The notes under the pieces: model-generated
Told to the model about the DNA's origin: nothing
What the model saw: only the letters and a program-made list of their open reading frames with translations
The model's database searches: none
Made by a program: the position numbers and the translations under genes
Part shown: piece after piece, positions 61,660 to 64,000 of the stretch
Layout: every line of letters starts with the position of its first letter
Position numbering within the stretch: the first letter of the stretch is position 1
NCBI GenBank assembly: GCA_051599415.1
Contig: AP039702.1
Location: 248,001 to 312,000, forward strand
Source of the DNA: Savitreella phatthalungensis
Taxonomy: Eukaryota
Length of the DNA stretch: 64,000 nt
Direction: 5' to 3'

Positions 61660-63849
61660 ATGGACATGCACGAGACCTCGATGGAGGTTGATGACATTTC
61701 TGCAATTGGCCGTCCAGATGCTTCAGCGGACTCAACATTCGCGGCAGGAGGCATCACATCCGACCCTCGCACTCAGCAACAGGTCGATGCGGACATCGCA
61801 GAACTGCGCAGACTCGTCTCGGAGCATCAGTCGACCGACCTTCATGCCCTCGCACCGCTCGTTCGCGCAAACGAGGCAACAAAGGAGTCAGAACGGTATC
61901 GCAACCTCTACGCGCATCAGTGGCTCGCACTCGAATGTGAACTCGCACCAGATGTCGCCGTTCCGCGCAATAGGATGTATGGCGCCTACGTCGACCTCTG
62001 TGCCCGCGAAAGGCTACGGCCAGTCAATTCTGCAGGCTTCGGCAGACTTGTCCGGCTTGTATACCCGGACGTTAAGACTCGTCGACTCGGAATCCGCGGC
62101 GAGAGCAAGTATCATTACTGTGGCGTGCGGTGTAAGGGAGACAACACGGGCGAGCGCACCGCCAACCAGACATCTGTCAGGCAGAGCAAGAAATCTGCTC
62201 TTGCCAATGGCTCAGGTACCTCCACAGGTGGAGGTGGAGACATGTTTGGCGGAGGTCTCATGAACACTAATTCGCTCATGCGCAATCTCCAGCGAGATAT
62301 GCAGCAACAGAAGCCTAGTGCAGGTCTACCTGTCTCGAGCATGGACTTCAGCTCCTTCATCAGACCGACCACGAGACTCGTCTATCCAGGTCCAGAACTA
62401 GCAGCCGAACTAGACGAGTCCATACCTTTCGAGCTCCCACAGATCTACGACTATCTGCCGGATGACGCAGATGCAGATGCTCAAGACGCCCTGGTGGCGA
62501 GCTACTATATGCACTGTGTCAATCTGATCGAGGCGATTGCGTCGATGCGCGTCCGCCAATTTATGCAGCTCAACGCGACCTTCTACCACGGTCTGCCGCA
62601 GGAGGTCCAGCAGCTCCTCGGAGCACCCTCCCTCGCCACCTGGATCCAGAAGGCCGACCTCCACACCTACCAACACATGACACGGATTCTGTCCCCGCTC
62701 ACGACACAGGTCATTCCGCCAGAAGTCTTCGGTCTCCTGAAAAACCTATCCGTAACCTTACTCCCGAACATCCACCAGTCCGTGAGCGAGCACGCACCAC
62801 ATCTCCTCCAGGCGAAACTCGTACCTGCCGGACAATTTGCAAGTCTACTTTCGCGAATGCTGCGGGTGAATGAGACTGCGCATGCGGCAGCGCGATTCCT
62901 CACGAACCCTGCTGATCGAGAGCTGATGCGGATGGACTGGCTGCGGTACGTGGATCCGAAGCAGGTCGCCAATCGGGAACTCGCGTGCGGCGAGTCTGAA
63001 GTCGTCAATATTTTGAACGGCGTCCTTAACCTCCTCGGCCCCACGACCAAATCCGCCACGACCTTCTCCCGCGCCCCAGGCACCCCACACCATCCACCAA
63101 ACTCCCCAACCCCACAACTCTCACAACCCAACAAGTCACCATCCACAAACGGCATCGACATCACCCTTCACGAACCCGCACCGCCAACAACCCTCGACGC
63201 GGCCATGCACGCCGCTGACACGGGCCCAGAAGACGCAGTCGTCAGATCATCGTCATCATCCAGGCAGCCTGAGCACCTACCGCACGAGCCTGTCCTGGAC
63301 GCCTGGACGCGGTACCTGTCCACACTTCCGCACAAGTTTCCAGCGATCGAGCCCCGGTTATTCCTGCTGTGTATGGGAACCATCTCGTCCTCTGTGCTTC
63401 GGGAGATCACGGTGTCCGGGGGTGAAGGGTTTGGAGCGCTGTGGGTGGTGAGGTGCTGGGTGGATGAGCACATGCGGTGGCTCTGTGAAAGGGCTGGGTT
63501 CTTGCTAGAGCAGGTGTATGATACGTTTGACGACGACGATGAGGACGAAGACGACCTAGCATTCGATGGCAACAATATCGATCTAGATGATTTCCTCTAC
63601 GCCAAACTCACAGCAGATGCACTCCCACTCACACATACTCTCGGCCCGGAAGAGGAAGAAGAGGAGGTGGATGAGGACGACGATGATGATGATAGTGAGC
63701 ATCACAGGAGTCTAGAACACGTCTACACGGCTGGCGGAAGTGCGTTCCAGCCAGCACTAGCAGGTCTAGGAGGTCTAGAAACCCTAGCCGGCAACCGATC
63801 AAGCTCGTCCACAGCAGCAAATGGCTGGCTCAACTACCCAAGCTCCTAA
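61660..63849 (+). CDS. RFX-family transcription factor (Sak1/Rfx1-like)
   Basis: AVPRNRMYGAYVDLC...NSAGFGRLVRLVYPDVKTRRLGIRGESKYHYCG, plus a dimerisation region (SGGEGFGALWVVRCWVDE). Confidence 0.93.
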   Translation: MDMHETSMEVDDISAIGRPDASADSTFAAGGITSDPRTQQQVDADIAELRRLVSEHQSTDLHALAPLVRANEATKESERYRNLYAHQWLALECELAPDVAVPRNRMYGAYVDLCARERLRPVNSAGFGRLVRLVYPDVKTRRLGIRGESKYHYCGVRCKGDNTGERTANQTSVRQSKKSALANGSGTSTGGGGDMFGGGLMNTNSLMRNLQRDMQQQKPSAGLPVSSMDFSSFIRPTTRLVYPGPELAAELDESIPFELPQIYDYLPDDADADAQDALVASYYMHCVNLIEAIASMRVRQFMQLNATFYHGLPQEVQQLLGAPSLATWIQKADLHTYQHMTRILSPLTTQVIPPEVFGLLKNLSVTLLPNIHQSVSEHAPHLLQAKLVPAGQFASLLSRMLRVNETAHAAARFLTNPADRELMRMDWLRYVDPKQVANRELACGESEVVNILNGVLNLLGPTTKSATTFSRAPGTPHHPPNSPTPQLSQPNKSPSTNGIDITLHEPAPPTTLDAAMHAADTGPEDAVVRSSSSSRQPEHLPHEPVLDAWTRYLSTLPHKFPAIEPRLFLLCMGTISSSVLREITVSGGEGFGALWVVRCWVDEHMRWLCERAGFLLEQVYDTFDDDDEDEDDLAFDGNNIDLDDFLYAKLTADALPLTHTLGPEEEEEEVDEDDDDDDSEHHRSLEHVYTAGGSAFQPALAGLGGLETLAGNRSSSSTAANGWLNYPSS

Positions 63850-63935
63850 AGCTAGCTCAAGATGTGTTAGTGTAAGTTGACAGATATAACAATCTTGTTT
63901 ATGGACTTTCTACAGGTGCGCAATCCCAATCGAGT

Positions 63936-64000
63936 CTATGGGTCGCCGGTGGTGGTCATCAGGTCATAGATCTCGTCCGCTTCCTCAGGCGATACTGCCA
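63936..64000 (-). CDS. Probable 3' end of a gene entering from the right edge
   Basis: Reads ...AVSPEEADEIYDLMTTTGDP* with host-like codons. Too short to identify. Confidence 0.4.
   Translation of the reverse strand, partial: AVSPEEADEIYDLMTTTGDP

Overview
Gene-dense, intron-poor fungal nuclear DNA. It is ascomycete-like. The protein styles suggest an early-diverging, Taphrinomycotina-type yeast that retains respiratory complex I (inference, not a database result). About 32 protein genes are present, mostly housekeeping: bZIP TF (partial), DPH3, a 5'-truncated GYP5-like TBC protein, EPL1, TFG1, RPS8, a FAR1/AFT-like TF, PEP7, PAC3, a PPR protein, a GCIP-like protein, a JMJD4-like protein, ARP5, an Aven-like protein, PTEN, PNP1, GCP6, EAF7, an AIM11/TMEM242-like protein, SEC4, acylphosphatase, TOM1, an Mpv17 protein, SNU23, NCA2, NDUFB2 and an RFX TF. 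Five small genes need a 64-74 nt intron (GT...RCTGAC...AG) that the ORF track misses. There is one intact Fot1/pogo DD35D DNA transposon with 38-bp TIRs. The top observation is that the stop codon of the GCIP-like gene lies inside a canonical 68-nt intron. Removing it fuses that gene in frame to the downstream JMJD4-like hydroxylase, giving a candidate splice-switched two-gene locus. Other highlights: an H3/H4-tail-like GK insert in the NuA4 subunit Epl1, a TBC protein missing its arginine finger, a ~1.2-kb AUG-free leader on the bZIP gene, and oriented (ACTC)n arrays at apparent start sites. All family assignments come from motif recognition by eye.
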